A stretch of DNA of 64,000 nt from a virus, in the IMG/VR virus record IMGVR_UViG_3300018890_000001, positions 96,628 to 160,627 of that record. One strand, written 5' to 3'. Made by a program: the position numbers and the translations under genes. Each line of letters starts with the position of its first letter. Within the stretch, counting starts at the first letter, position 1. Of the stretch, positions 29,420-38,793 are shown in pieces. Below the pieces are notes generated by a model, which was not told the origin of the DNA, did no database searches, and saw only the letters and a program-made list of their open reading frames with translations.

Positions 29420-29986
29420 TTAATCTAGGTTTTGAGGGTTTACGTTAATACGACAATTAGGTAATTTGTCGCGCAGCCAGACAATATTGTCGTCGCTAAT
29501 TGGATTGTTACTAATGTCGAGCCAAGTCAGATTAGTCAAAGCAGCTAAAGGCTTAACCTCACTAATTTGATTATTTTTGAGATCGAGTGTTTTTAGCCCA
29601 TTCAATGACGTTAGTGGTTGAATATCGCAAATTTGATTGTTATTGAGGTATATATCTCTCGGTGAGGTCAAAGATGCCAATGGTTCAACGTTTTTGATTT
29701 GATTGCCACTAAGATAGATCCACATCAGTCTAGTCAAAGATGCTAGCGGTTTGATGTCACTAATTTGGTTGTCGCCAAGATAAAGTGTCATCAGTTCAAT
29801 TAAAGACGCGAGCGGTTTAATGTCGCAGATTTGATTTGCTGTGAGATCAAGGCAGTTCAAGCCAATTAAATAGGCTAGTGGCTCGACATCGCTGATCTGA
29901 CTGTCCCGGAGGTAAAGTCTTGCAGGATGGTTTTTTCTTTGCGATCGATTCTGGTTCAAAACATTTTGGGTGTGTTGAATTGTCAT
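29420..29986 (-). CDS. Internalin-type leucine-rich repeat protein
   Basis: Six to seven 22-aa repeats LxxNQIxDIxPLASLxxL. Confidence 0.9.
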   Translation of the reverse strand: MTIQHTQNVLNQNRSQRKNHPARLYLRDSQISDVEPLAYLIGLNCLDLTANQICDIKPLASLIELMTLYLGDNQISDIKPLASLTRLMWIYLSGNQIKNVEPLASLTSPRDIYLNNNQICDIQPLTSLNGLKTLDLKNNQISEVKPLAALTNLTWLDISNNPISDDNIVWLRDKLPNCRINVNPQNLD

Positions 29987-30128
29987 TGTTTTGCGATCTC
30001 TTGATTGACTACATTATTATTTTATCTGTTTACGCTTTATTAGTCAACGTGATTACATATAAAAAGCCTCGCAAGATTAATTGATCTTGCGAGGCTTTTT
30101 TATTCATAAAACAAAGACGGAAATATCG

Positions 30129-30374
30129 TTAGTTAAGGTCAGGAGTTTCTATCTTTCCTGCGTAATCGCCTGCACGATCGAAGAGGCTTCCATCTTTGTG
30201 CATTGTTACTTCTTTACCGTAATCTCTGAGATTCCGAGCAAGGCATTCTTCGCTTGCTCTGTCGTAATAATTCGTTCCTTTTCCTTGTACTTTTCCTATT
30301 TTTTTGCTTTTTTTCGTTGCGGTGTTTAGGATATACCAAAAATTTGATGAAGTGTTTAGATTTACGATCCACAT
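30129..30374 (-). CDS. Hypothetical protein
   Basis: Promoter, AAGG SD, flanked by palindromic terminators. Confidence 0.7.
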   Translation of the reverse strand: MWIVNLNTSSNFWYILNTATKKSKKIGKVQGKGTNYYDRASEECLARNLRDYGKEVTMHKDGSLFDRAGDYAGKIETPDLN

Positions 30375-30558
30375 AATCTTTAGCCTTGTTTTTGAATTGT
30401 GCTTGTGTTTTATTATAATAAATTATAGTTTTTAAAGCAATTAAAATACTTCGCAAATTAATTAAATGATTTTCTGACTGATAAGTGATCGGATTTCGAT
30501 AGTAAAAAGCCCGCAAGTGATTAATACTACTTGCGGGCTTTTATTACTAATTTTCGTG

Positions 30559-30762
30559 TTAACTGTGCATTGCAATGTGCAAAGAAGATACGTCAGCATC
30601 GTAACTTGGAGAGGTGCTACTTAAAGTCAAGGGCGCTGACCTGTGTTTAAGGTAAACATAGGTGCTCCTCCAGCTTGTTACATTGTCTGTTTTTTGAACA
30701 TTCCACTCAATGTATTGCACTTGAGTTAAATCAATTGTACAAGTCGATAATGCTAATTTCAT
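30559..30762 (-). CDS. Hypothetical protein
   Basis: TTGACG..TATAAG promoter; terminator 30504-30542. Confidence 0.65.
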   Translation of the reverse strand: MKLALSTCTIDLTQVQYIEWNVQKTDNVTSWRSTYVYLKHRSAPLTLSSTSPSYDADVSSLHIAMHS

Positions 30763-30957
30763 TTTACAACACAGTAAAGATCATATGCTTATATTAAAGG
30801 AAAATTAGCTTCTCGTCAAGTTATCACCGATCGCCCGCAATAGATAATCTAATCAGGAAGTATTGAAATCTTACATCAGCATTCGTGATTAATTGAGTGA
30901 TGATGTAACTGGAGTTATATAATTGATCTAATCAATCGTAAGTAGTGGATCGATCTA

Positions 30958-32748
30958 ATGTACAAATTAAGAGATTACCAACAGGAATTAGAGGATGAGA
31001 TTTTTAAACTGTGGGCGATCGGTACTCGCTGTATCATGGTTCAATTGCCGACAGGTGGGGGCAAAACTAAGACGTTCGGTAGTATTACACACAAACAATT
31101 AGACATTGGTTGGCGTGTTTTAGTAATTGCCCACAGAGAGGAATTGATATTCCAAGCCAAGAAAGAAATTGAAGAAGCGTCTGGTCATTCGGCAGGAATT
31201 ATTAAAAGTGGGCACACACCTAGTCCGCTATTCGCGCTACAAGTGGCCTCGATTCAGACCTTGACCAAATACAAAACCATGCCGCCATTCGATCTGATAA
31301 TTATCGACGAGGCACACCACGCCTGTAGTCGCAGTTACACGCGAGTGATGGAGCAGTACCCAAATGCAAAAATCCTGGGCTTTACAGCAACACCGTGTCG
31401 CAACGACGGTCAGGGTTTTAAGTATTTGTTCGAGAAATTGATCTGCGGACCAACGACACGAGAGTTAATTGAGCGCGGACATCTATGCCCGTATACGCTG
31501 TTTGAAGCAGGAAAAACGGTCGATACAAGCAAGGTTAAGAAAAACGGTGAGGGTGACTTTAATACCAAGCAGTTAAGTGAAACCGTTGCAAATCAAATCG
31601 AACCCGACGACGTAGTTCGCGAATGGCTGGATAAGGCGAAGGATAAGCAAACAGTAGTGTTTGCGGTAGATGTTGAAAGAAGCAAGGAATACGCTGAAGC
31701 ATTTTGCAGGGCGGGGATTCCTGCGGAACACTTAGATGGAGAAACAGAAAAAGACGATCGCCGAGAAATCTTAAAACGCTTTGCACTAGGTGAAACACTC
31801 ATCCTTTGCAACTGTGGGATTATTTCGGAAGGTGTCGATATTCCTGGTATTGTCGCAGCCCTGATTGTACGTCCGACAGGAAGCTTGAGCCTATGGCGAC
31901 AAATGGCGGGTCGCGTATTACGAAATGCCAAAGGTAAAACGACTGCGATTATTGTCGATTTCTCACAAGCGCGCGCCAGGAAAAGATTGGGTCTTCCCGA
32001 TGACGACGTACCTTGGTCGTTAGAGCCGCAGAGCTTAGACGAACTTGGGAAAGCCTTTTTTGCGGTCACCTGTAAATGCAATCACGTCTTCAGACCGCTG
32101 CCGCACGAGATACCTAAATTGGTTTGCAAATGCCCAAACTGTTTGAAAGAAAATACCTTCAAAATGGGTAATGGTGACAGTGAAAAAGAGATGGAACCGA
32201 AAGAGGTTTTGGTTGCCGGTAGCGACAAAGATAAGGCGATCGACCTCACCGTCAATCCAGAACATCAAAAAATTATCGACGAACTTTTTGAAGTCGCCGA
32301 TCGCCAGGGGCATCCAAAACCAAAAGACTATGCGTACCACAAGCTCATGGAAAAAGCTAGAGCTGAAGACTGGCTGACTGAAATTTCGATGGGTACGTGG
32401 CGTTACCTGGCTAAGCAATTGGGGCACACTACGAAATGGGCAACCAAAAAATACGAAGAAATTGAAGAAGAAAATCGGGAATTGACGCCAATTGAACTCG
32501 ATCGCCTGTGGAAGAAAGCTTTGGAAGAAGTCAGACCTTACGGAACGCAAGCATTGCTCAAGCAGCACAGTCGTCTTGTACACTATCAAAAAAGCAGAGC
32601 GTGTGTAGAGATTACGTCAATGCCGTTGCTGAAAATGGTAAGTCAGAAAAAGGAAAACGTTAAACGCGCACTGCACGGTGTTGGTAGTTTCGCAGCAGTG
32701 GTGGAGCTGAAAGTTAAAGAAAGAACCGAGCAGGCGATCGAACCATGA
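30958..32748 (+). CDS. SF2 DEAH-box helicase with Zn finger and C-terminal DnaX-like domain
   Basis: LPTGGGKT, IIDEAHH, TATP, EGVDIP, QMAGRVLR; CKC..CPNC. Confidence 0.9.
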   Translation: MYKLRDYQQELEDEIFKLWAIGTRCIMVQLPTGGGKTKTFGSITHKQLDIGWRVLVIAHREELIFQAKKEIEEASGHSAGIIKSGHTPSPLFALQVASIQTLTKYKTMPPFDLIIIDEAHHACSRSYTRVMEQYPNAKILGFTATPCRNDGQGFKYLFEKLICGPTTRELIERGHLCPYTLFEAGKTVDTSKVKKNGEGDFNTKQLSETVANQIEPDDVVREWLDKAKDKQTVVFAVDVERSKEYAEAFCRAGIPAEHLDGETEKDDRREILKRFALGETLILCNCGIISEGVDIPGIVAALIVRPTGSLSLWRQMAGRVLRNAKGKTTAIIVDFSQARARKRLGLPDDDVPWSLEPQSLDELGKAFFAVTCKCNHVFRPLPHEIPKLVCKCPNCLKENTFKMGNGDSEKEMEPKEVLVAGSDKDKAIDLTVNPEHQKIIDELFEVADRQGHPKPKDYAYHKLMEKARAEDWLTEISMGTWRYLAKQLGHTTKWATKKYEEIEEENRELTPIELDRLWKKALEEVRPYGTQALLKQHSRLVHYQKSRACVEITSMPLLKMVSQKKENVKRALHGVGSFAAVVELKVKERTEQAIEP

Positions 32749-33011
32749 AAAACGTATTAGCTTATCGAGAGCGGAAGGTTGGCACCAGACAGGTTAAAGT
32801 CGTTGAATTTTTTAGGGGCGATCGAATCCCACCCACACGTTGTAGCGACTGTACTTATTAGACTAAATTTCTTAGGGATAGAGCCAACCAACTTGTCTGT
32901 GTGGTAAATATACCGCGTCCCGATCACAAAAGGACGCAGATCTATATATTAGATGTGCGTCCTTTCTTATTGTACGGTTTAGACTATTGCGCTTTGGTTA
33001 ACAAAACTTAC

Positions 33012-33302
33012 TTAGTACCAATCAGCGCCGCTAAATTGATTTAGTCGAGATTGGGTCGGAATATAAAATGTAGACCACTCCAGATCAAGGGAACCACTCT
33101 CTATCGAAGAAAAAGAAGGATGGGCGATCATAATGTTGATAAAATGATCGTCCTGATCAGTAAGCTGAATGTGACAACCTGCCTTGAGCAACCCCCAGCA
33201 AATTGCAAGTTGTTGCTGTGCTTCCGGTGTATCACGGTTCTTCCATTTTGCAAATGATACAATGCTGTGCTCACACAGTTCAATCAATTGTTGATGAATC
33301 AT
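33012..33302 (-). CDS. Hypothetical phage protein
   Basis: GTAGTC leader. Confidence 0.8.
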   Translation of the reverse strand: MIHQQLIELCEHSIVSFAKWKNRDTPEAQQQLAICWGLLKAGCHIQLTDQDDHFINIMIAHPSFSSIESGSLDLEWSTFYIPTQSRLNQFSGADWY

Positions 33303-33401
33303 TTTATATAAAAAGAAAGACTACACTTACAGTATAGCTTACCGTAAACCTATTGAAAAGAAAATTGAACGTGCAACTTATGTTGATAACACGCTAAGAA
33401 A

Positions 33402-33695
33402 TCATAAAAGATTTTGCAAAAAATTTGCCATCTGTTTGTACTTAAAGTCTTGCATAACCTCTGTTATTTTTTCGGACAAGTCATACAAAACATTATCATC
33501 CTGGGGGGCGTCTCCATTTAAGTTGAATATTTCATTTTCGTATTCAATCAATGCTGCCAACTTTGAATCTAGTATAACAATTTCAGAACAATCCAGATCA
33601 AATTGATTATGAGTCCCGTTTTTTATGATTTGTTTAGTCTGATTAGCAGGGTCTAACGGAAGATACACAAACTTACCTTTAAATTCATTGTCCAC
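33402..33695 (-). CDS. Hypothetical protein
   Basis: GAGG SD before GTG. Confidence 0.65.
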   Translation of the reverse strand: MDNEFKGKFVYLPLDPANQTKQIIKNGTHNQFDLDCSEIVILDSKLAALIEYENEIFNLNGDAPQDDNVLYDLSEKITEVMQDFKYKQMANFLQNLL

Positions 33696-33764
33696 GATAA
33701 CATCCTCAACTAATTACTTAACTATAGATTTTATCTTAAAATACGATACGATCGCCCACCACCT

Positions 33765-33937
33765 AATACTCCAGTCCGTTCCAATACTCCAGTCCGCTCC
33801 ACACCCAAAAACAACCGTCGTCACTAAATCGCTCGGTATATTAAAGACGTTTTTTGTCTTTCAAAAAAGATTTAAAATAAAAATTTTAACAAAGAAAAGA
33901 AAGGCTTTTTAGATTTAAGGCGATTTAGTGACGACGG
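33765..33937. repeat. Origin-like element B: two 14-bp direct repeats plus an 18-bp inverted repeat around an 87-bp AT-rich core
   Basis: AATACTCCAGTCCG x2 (33765, 33783); CCGTCGTCACTAAATCGC (33815-33832) / GCGATTTAGTGACGACGG (33920-33937). Confidence 0.85.
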
Positions 33938-33965
33938 GCGATCATCGCCTTCTTTGTTTCTAGGT

Positions 33966-34014
33966 AAGAAAAAATCGCACTCGTAGCGTGGTGCGATTGG
34001 TTGGCTTGACGCAA
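33966..34014 (-). ncRNA. sRNA array unit 1
   Basis: TGCTAGAAT -10; stem AATCGCAC/GTGCGATT + T-run. Confidence 0.65.
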
Positions 34015-34070
34015 GGTTTTATTCTAGCAAATTTTATTGCGGGCGATCGCCCGTTGCTCCGAAAAATCTC

Positions 34071-34129
34071 AAAAAATAGCTGCACTCTACTAAAGTACAG
34101 CTCGGTCTAATTCTAACACCTGTTGTTTG
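34071..34129 (-). ncRNA. sRNA array unit 2
   Basis: TGGTAAAAT -10; stem with minus-strand G:U pairs + T6. Confidence 0.65.
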
Positions 34130-34154
34130 ATAGTTATTTTACCAAAATTTAAGC

Positions 34155-34204
34155 AAGAAAAAGCGCACTTGTAGTGATGTGCGCTTGTTGGCATTTCATG
34201 GTGT
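34155..34204 (-). ncRNA. sRNA array unit 3 (paralog of unit 1)
   Basis: TACAAT -10; stem AAGCGCAC/GTGCGCTT, compensatory change vs unit 1. Confidence 0.65.
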
Positions 34205-34254
34205 ACCCCAATTGTACTGAATTTTTGGAGTGATGGGCTTATTCCCGTGTACTA

Positions 34255-34464
34255 TCAGTCGTCATCGGTAGTGTGCGTGGAATTATCTTGATGTGGTGCT
34301 GTGCGAACTTCCGACAGGAAATCGAAGTGTACCCGTGAGATATGTTTTAACGCTTCGGTCTGTATTGGCGGTATTGTGTCTGGGACTGGTAATTCTGTCA
34401 TTCGTACTAGCAACGGATTTCCATCAGGATCAAACATCGGTGAGTATAGATTGCGTGGATTCAT
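34255..34464 (-). CDS. Small hypothetical protein
   Basis: AAGGAG SD. Confidence 0.65.
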   Translation of the reverse strand: MNPRNLYSPMFDPDGNPLLVRMTELPVPDTIPPIQTEALKHISRVHFDFLSEVRTAPHQDNSTHTTDDD

Positions 34465-34493
34465 ATGAACTCCTTTTTCTGTAGTAGGTTTTT

Positions 34494-34545
34494 AAAAAAA
34501 TCGCGCCCGGTCAACTAGGCGCAATTGGATTGATTAGCTTGTTCC
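34494..34545 (-). ncRNA. sRNA array unit 4
   Basis: TGATACAAT -10; G:U-containing stem + T7. Confidence 0.65.
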
Positions 34546-34747
34546 GATCTGATTGTATCAGAAATGAGTTAAGGGTGTCCCTCGCAACGCTCAAGTTTCA
34601 CAAAAAGACCGCCCACACATTTATATAGATGTGTGGGCGGTCTTTTTGTGTCCGATCACCCGTCCTCTGCATTCCGAAAACAATTCACCACTTTTGGCAA
34701 CGTCGCGCTAGAATAAGTCCATCCCAGGTTCTTATGTGGATCTACGA

Positions 34748-34808
34748 CAAAAAAAATTAGCCGAACCTGTTTCAGAGGTGCGGCTAAGTCGGAGTAAGTA
34801 TTTTTATT
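34748..34808 (-). ncRNA. Antisense RNA over the 5' UTR of Rep-like paralog 2
   Basis: TGTTAGCAT -10 at the start of the ORF; TAGCCG..CGGCTA hairpin + T-run; homologous to 5653-5711. Confidence 0.6.
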
Positions 34809-34811
34809 AAC

Positions 34812-35846
34812 ATGATGCTAACACAGATTTACGTCGATCGCCTACTTTCCGAATTTAATTCCGAACTTTTGGACCTGAACAACACTCAGATCCTTACGAT
34901 ACAAGGGATTCTGAACGGTTACTTATATTGTGCGGCGCTCAATGATGACAGGCTTTGGCGATCGCCCGACGGGAAGATACACTTCAAATCTTCCGATATC
35001 GCCCAGTTTTTCAGAACAGACCGCACGGTGATTGCTCCGGTGAAGTGGCTCAGCGACTACCTTCAAGCTTACTGGAAGGGGCTGGTATTCGATTCGCGAG
35101 ATAGCGTCGCTAAATATAGAAAGCTTTTATCTACAAAATTCAAGCTATTCACGCTCGAAGAGCGGTCGCAGGCTTGGAAAGATGATCCACTGAATCGGCA
35201 TAGACAGCCAAACCCTTGTGGCGAATTCAATATGCTGCGCGCGATTCTGCTGGCGCGAGCTTGCGAAGAACATCTGCTTTGTTATGGGATGGAACTAGAG
35301 GCTTTGCAGTTAAATATGGATGTCGTGTGCGAGGGTCGCTACGAATTTGATCGCATCGAAGAGATCTCGTTCCCGAAACACAAAGCATACCTTCTGGCAA
35401 TGATTGGTAAAGCTTGCGGACTCTGGACTGATAGCGAACAAACGCACCCAGACCTCGAAGCAATTATCGAACTTGAAGGATTGCGGATGCGGGCGGAAAA
35501 ACAGTTTGATGATATAGACCCTGACGATCGCACAGAAGAACAAGTTTTAGAAGATGAGTGGTTGGTTGTTACCGAAGTCGAACCAGTCACCATCAGTGGA
35601 ATCACAACGATTGTCGAGCGCGCGGTTGATGCAATTCCTTTGGGGATTCTTGTCAGGCGATCGATGTCAGTACCGTTTGTTCCGCGACCACTATTTGATT
35701 CAGAAGGTGCAATAAAACTTCCAGTTTGGGCGATTGAGTCCGGTCGTCAGGCAGTTCGGTGGTGGCAGCGGGCGATCGATAGGGCAGGTGTGTGGTTGCA
35801 GAATCTCGCACCAGAATGGGTTCTCGACGAAATAATACCTTTTTAA
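34812..35846 (+). CDS. Putative replication-initiator-like protein, paralog 2
   Basis: Paralog of 4576..5646; ends 4 bp upstream of the DNA polymerase gene. Confidence 0.55.
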   Translation: MMLTQIYVDRLLSEFNSELLDLNNTQILTIQGILNGYLYCAALNDDRLWRSPDGKIHFKSSDIAQFFRTDRTVIAPVKWLSDYLQAYWKGLVFDSRDSVAKYRKLLSTKFKLFTLEERSQAWKDDPLNRHRQPNPCGEFNMLRAILLARACEEHLLCYGMELEALQLNMDVVCEGRYEFDRIEEISFPKHKAYLLAMIGKACGLWTDSEQTHPDLEAIIELEGLRMRAEKQFDDIDPDDRTEEQVLEDEWLVVTEVEPVTISGITTIVERAVDAIPLGILVRRSMSVPFVPRPLFDSEGAIKLPVWAIESGRQAVRWWQRAIDRAGVWLQNLAPEWVLDEIIPF

Positions 35847-35850
35847 AAAT

Positions 35851-38208
35851 ATGACACTCGCGCAATTTGCTAAGAAACGCATCCAACAGAAAAACTGGAA
35901 TAGTACCGATATCTTTGAGATGCCACTCGAAGACGGGAAAATAAGTCGCGTCAAATGGGTCGATCGCCCGCTCAAGAAACCGAAAGGTAATCTGTTTAAA
36001 TTGCGCGCTCCTCTAGGCGATCGATTTTTTGAAGTGGTTGAAATAGTAGAGCGACGACGATCGCCCACGATGCCGGAATTCCAGTTACCGGATTTTGAGG
36101 CGATCGATTTCAACGTCCCGATTTTTATGCTTGAACCGGGACAGCCTGACTATCAAGATCACCTCCAACAGATTTTAGTGGCAGATCTATTGGTGGTCGA
36201 TCTTGAGACTTTTACTCCAGACCTTGCGCTCAATAAAAATAATGGGTTGCATCCCCGTGACGGGCGCATCCGACTAATTCAATTATTTGACGGCAAGACT
36301 GTTTGGATTGCGGATCTCAGGGGTCGCGATATGAATGCGATGCCGCTGTTCTCGCACCTTCCTTCAGAACGCGATGCTCAACACAAGCGGTTGCAAGAAT
36401 TTTTTGAAGTGCTGGGCGATCGATTAGCGTCTGAAGATTGTCTTATCGTCGGACACAACTTACATTTCGATCTGCGGTTTTTGCAGTTTCAGTTGGGACT
36501 CAGGGCTAAGAATGTTAGCTGTACGCAACTCGGTTCTCAGGTCTACTTTGGCGATTACAGTGGTGACAGTTCTGTCAAAAAAAGTGGCGACCCCATTTTA
36601 AAAGGTGGTTACGGTCTGGCGAATTTGTGCCATCGTTTTTTTGGAACAGCTCTCGATAAGACTGAGCAGACTTCAGACTGGGGCTTGTCGGAACTGTCGA
36701 AGTCGCAGATCCACTACGCCGCCAAAGATGTTATCGCGACCTACCACCTGCATCAGGGGCTGATTGATTTATATCAAGACTTACACTCTGCGCTTTATTC
36801 GCCACAATTGCTGGAATCCTGGGAGGTCGAAAACGGATGTTTGCCTGTTACCGTGGCGATCGAATATTGTGGGATGCCTTTCGATAAAGCCCTGGCACAG
36901 CAACAGGTTGAACAGATATCGAAAATTCATAGTGATTTACTAACTGAGTGGAAAAAAATTTCACCAACGGTTATGTATACCCAGGACGCCGAATTTGGAA
37001 GATTGCTAGCAAGCGAGTACGACATTGATCTTTCAAAAGAAGAGAATGGTAAAGTTGTTACCAAAGTAGATAAATCGAGTCTTGCATCCTATTTGCATAT
37101 ACCGATCGTCCGATTGCGAGGTGAGCTTGTTGCTCTCGACGGACTGTTGAATAATTTGCAGGGGTTTTTACGGTCTGCGGAACAAGATGCGCGAGTGCAT
37201 ACGACGTACAGAACGCTTACTGGCTTTGGGCGTTTTAGTTCTGGTGAGTCTAAGTATTTCGATAATCTACCTAATCTGCAATCGGTTTCCTCAAAGCAGA
37301 ATCCGCTGATCAAAAAATACAATTTACCCAATCCGCGCAGCACGATCAAGCCCCCGCTCGGTTACACGATGGCGGTAATCGACTTGGCTGGTGCTCACGG
37401 ACGAATTGCGGCAGACCAAGCTGAAGATGAAGCGGCGATCGCCGGAAACAACGATTCCAAAATTGACAACCACAGCAAAGTTGCCGTGTTCGTTGCCAAA
37501 TGCCAACAACAAGATTGGACTTGGGAAGATATAGCGAAACTCAGTAAGCAAAAAGACGAATATGGCAACCTTACTGAGATTGGTGCCAGGGCAAAAGCGT
37601 TTCGTGACACCGCCAAAAACACGTATTATGGTTGGCTTAACGGTGCCGGTGCAAAGCGGGTACAGCTACAAATTGCTGCAAACGAAGGATTTACCCCTGA
37701 ACTTGAAACCTGCGAAGCTGCTATTGAAGGTTGTAAGCAACTTTATCCGGCGGTGCTCAAGCATCGGGAAGCGTTGCATAAGCGGCTTGTTCGGGATGCG
37801 GTATTGGTTGACGGGCGACCGATCGCCATTAATATTTCAAGCGACGGTTTTCGCGTATTGTTACCACTGGTCAAGAAGTTTAACAAATTTAAGAATACTG
37901 AGGAGTGGGAAGCACCATATACGCAGTCGCTGGCGGCACTCTGGACTAGGATCGAGGCGACGGCAATCAAGCGAGCTCTGATTAAAATTCAAGTCTTGAT
38001 TGATGAAAATCCGCAGTGGGCTTTGCAGATCATCGGTATTGTCCACGATGAAGTCGATTTGTTAGTTAAAACCGAATTTGAGGAAATCGCGATTTCAACC
38101 GTGAATGATATTGTGGGCGATGAATTTAAAGCGCAGTTGAAGCGCGTAACTGATGGTCGTAAAGCTAGTTGGACAGAATTAAAAGCAGGCTCGTGGGCTG
38201 AAAAATAA
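35851..38208 (+). CDS. polA: Family A DNA polymerase with 3'-5' exonuclease
   Basis: Exo DLET, GHNLHFD, YAAKD; GRFSS..PNLQ; motif B R..AK..YYG; motif C VHDE. Confidence 0.92.
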   Translation: MTLAQFAKKRIQQKNWNSTDIFEMPLEDGKISRVKWVDRPLKKPKGNLFKLRAPLGDRFFEVVEIVERRRSPTMPEFQLPDFEAIDFNVPIFMLEPGQPDYQDHLQQILVADLLVVDLETFTPDLALNKNNGLHPRDGRIRLIQLFDGKTVWIADLRGRDMNAMPLFSHLPSERDAQHKRLQEFFEVLGDRLASEDCLIVGHNLHFDLRFLQFQLGLRAKNVSCTQLGSQVYFGDYSGDSSVKKSGDPILKGGYGLANLCHRFFGTALDKTEQTSDWGLSELSKSQIHYAAKDVIATYHLHQGLIDLYQDLHSALYSPQLLESWEVENGCLPVTVAIEYCGMPFDKALAQQQVEQISKIHSDLLTEWKKISPTVMYTQDAEFGRLLASEYDIDLSKEENGKVVTKVDKSSLASYLHIPIVRLRGELVALDGLLNNLQGFLRSAEQDARVHTTYRTLTGFGRFSSGESKYFDNLPNLQSVSSKQNPLIKKYNLPNPRSTIKPPLGYTMAVIDLAGAHGRIAADQAEDEAAIAGNNDSKIDNHSKVAVFVAKCQQQDWTWEDIAKLSKQKDEYGNLTEIGARAKAFRDTAKNTYYGWLNGAGAKRVQLQIAANEGFTPELETCEAAIEGCKQLYPAVLKHREALHKRLVRDAVLVDGRPIAINISSDGFRVLLPLVKKFNKFKNTEEWEAPYTQSLAALWTRIEATAIKRALIKIQVLIDENPQWALQIIGIVHDEVDLLVKTEFEEIAISTVNDIVGDEFKAQLKRVTDGRKASWTELKAGSWAEK

Positions 38209-38242
38209 TAAATTTCTGCGCCTGCGAACCTGCTTTTAATTT

Positions 38243-38701
38243 CTATGTGTCTTCAGTCGTGAAACTAATGGAGCTGCCCCAAGACTTGAAGTCTGGGGCT
38301 GTCCTACCGAGCTTCTTTGATACTGAATCGGTAAGCCATAAAATTACAGGGAACGGAAAATCACTTGAAAATTGATCCCTTGTTTTATTTGCTCTCACTA
38401 ATAAGTTGTCGATATCGACAACCGTTTCGAGTCCAACAACTATTAAAGCTTTTGGTGAATGACTTTTAAAGTTGTCGAGAATAGCCTGATGCAGCGATTG
38501 TCTTGTGGGTGCTATCAGCAGTACGCGATATTCATCAGGCGTTAAATCCTGTGCTAGTTGTAATAATACTGGGCTACTTAGCGCGTGGTCATTACAATTG
38601 ATGAAACTGAGTGAGAATTTCCCATTATTGAATTTCATGATGATGCGTTTTAACGTATTTAAAGATTGTTGGTTTGGATTACACAAACTCATTTGAGTCA
38701 C
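38243..38701 (-). CDS. Stand-alone N-terminal domain of cyanobacterial STAND/WD40/TPR proteins
   Basis: FSLSFINCN, ALIVVGLETV, NKTRDQF...FPFPVILWLTD...APDFKSW. Confidence 0.7.
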   Translation of the reverse strand: MTQMSLCNPNQQSLNTLKRIIMKFNNGKFSLSFINCNDHALSSPVLLQLAQDLTPDEYRVLLIAPTRQSLHQAILDNFKSHSPKALIVVGLETVVDIDNLLVRANKTRDQFSSDFPFPVILWLTDSVSKKLGRTAPDFKSWGSSISFTTEDT

Positions 38702-38793
38702 CTATATTGTAATTAATATATTTATTTTAATCGATCGCCTGGACTTTAGACAAGTTAAACTAAACTAACCGTAAGTAGTCGCCACTATAAAAT

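Noticed and set aside
33688-33912. 74-aa ORF over element B
   Set aside because: TTG start, no RBS, composition dictated by the repeats and AT-rich core.
33960-34560. CRISPR array
   Set aside because: No identical repeats with regular spacers; each unit has its own promoter and terminator; no cas genes.
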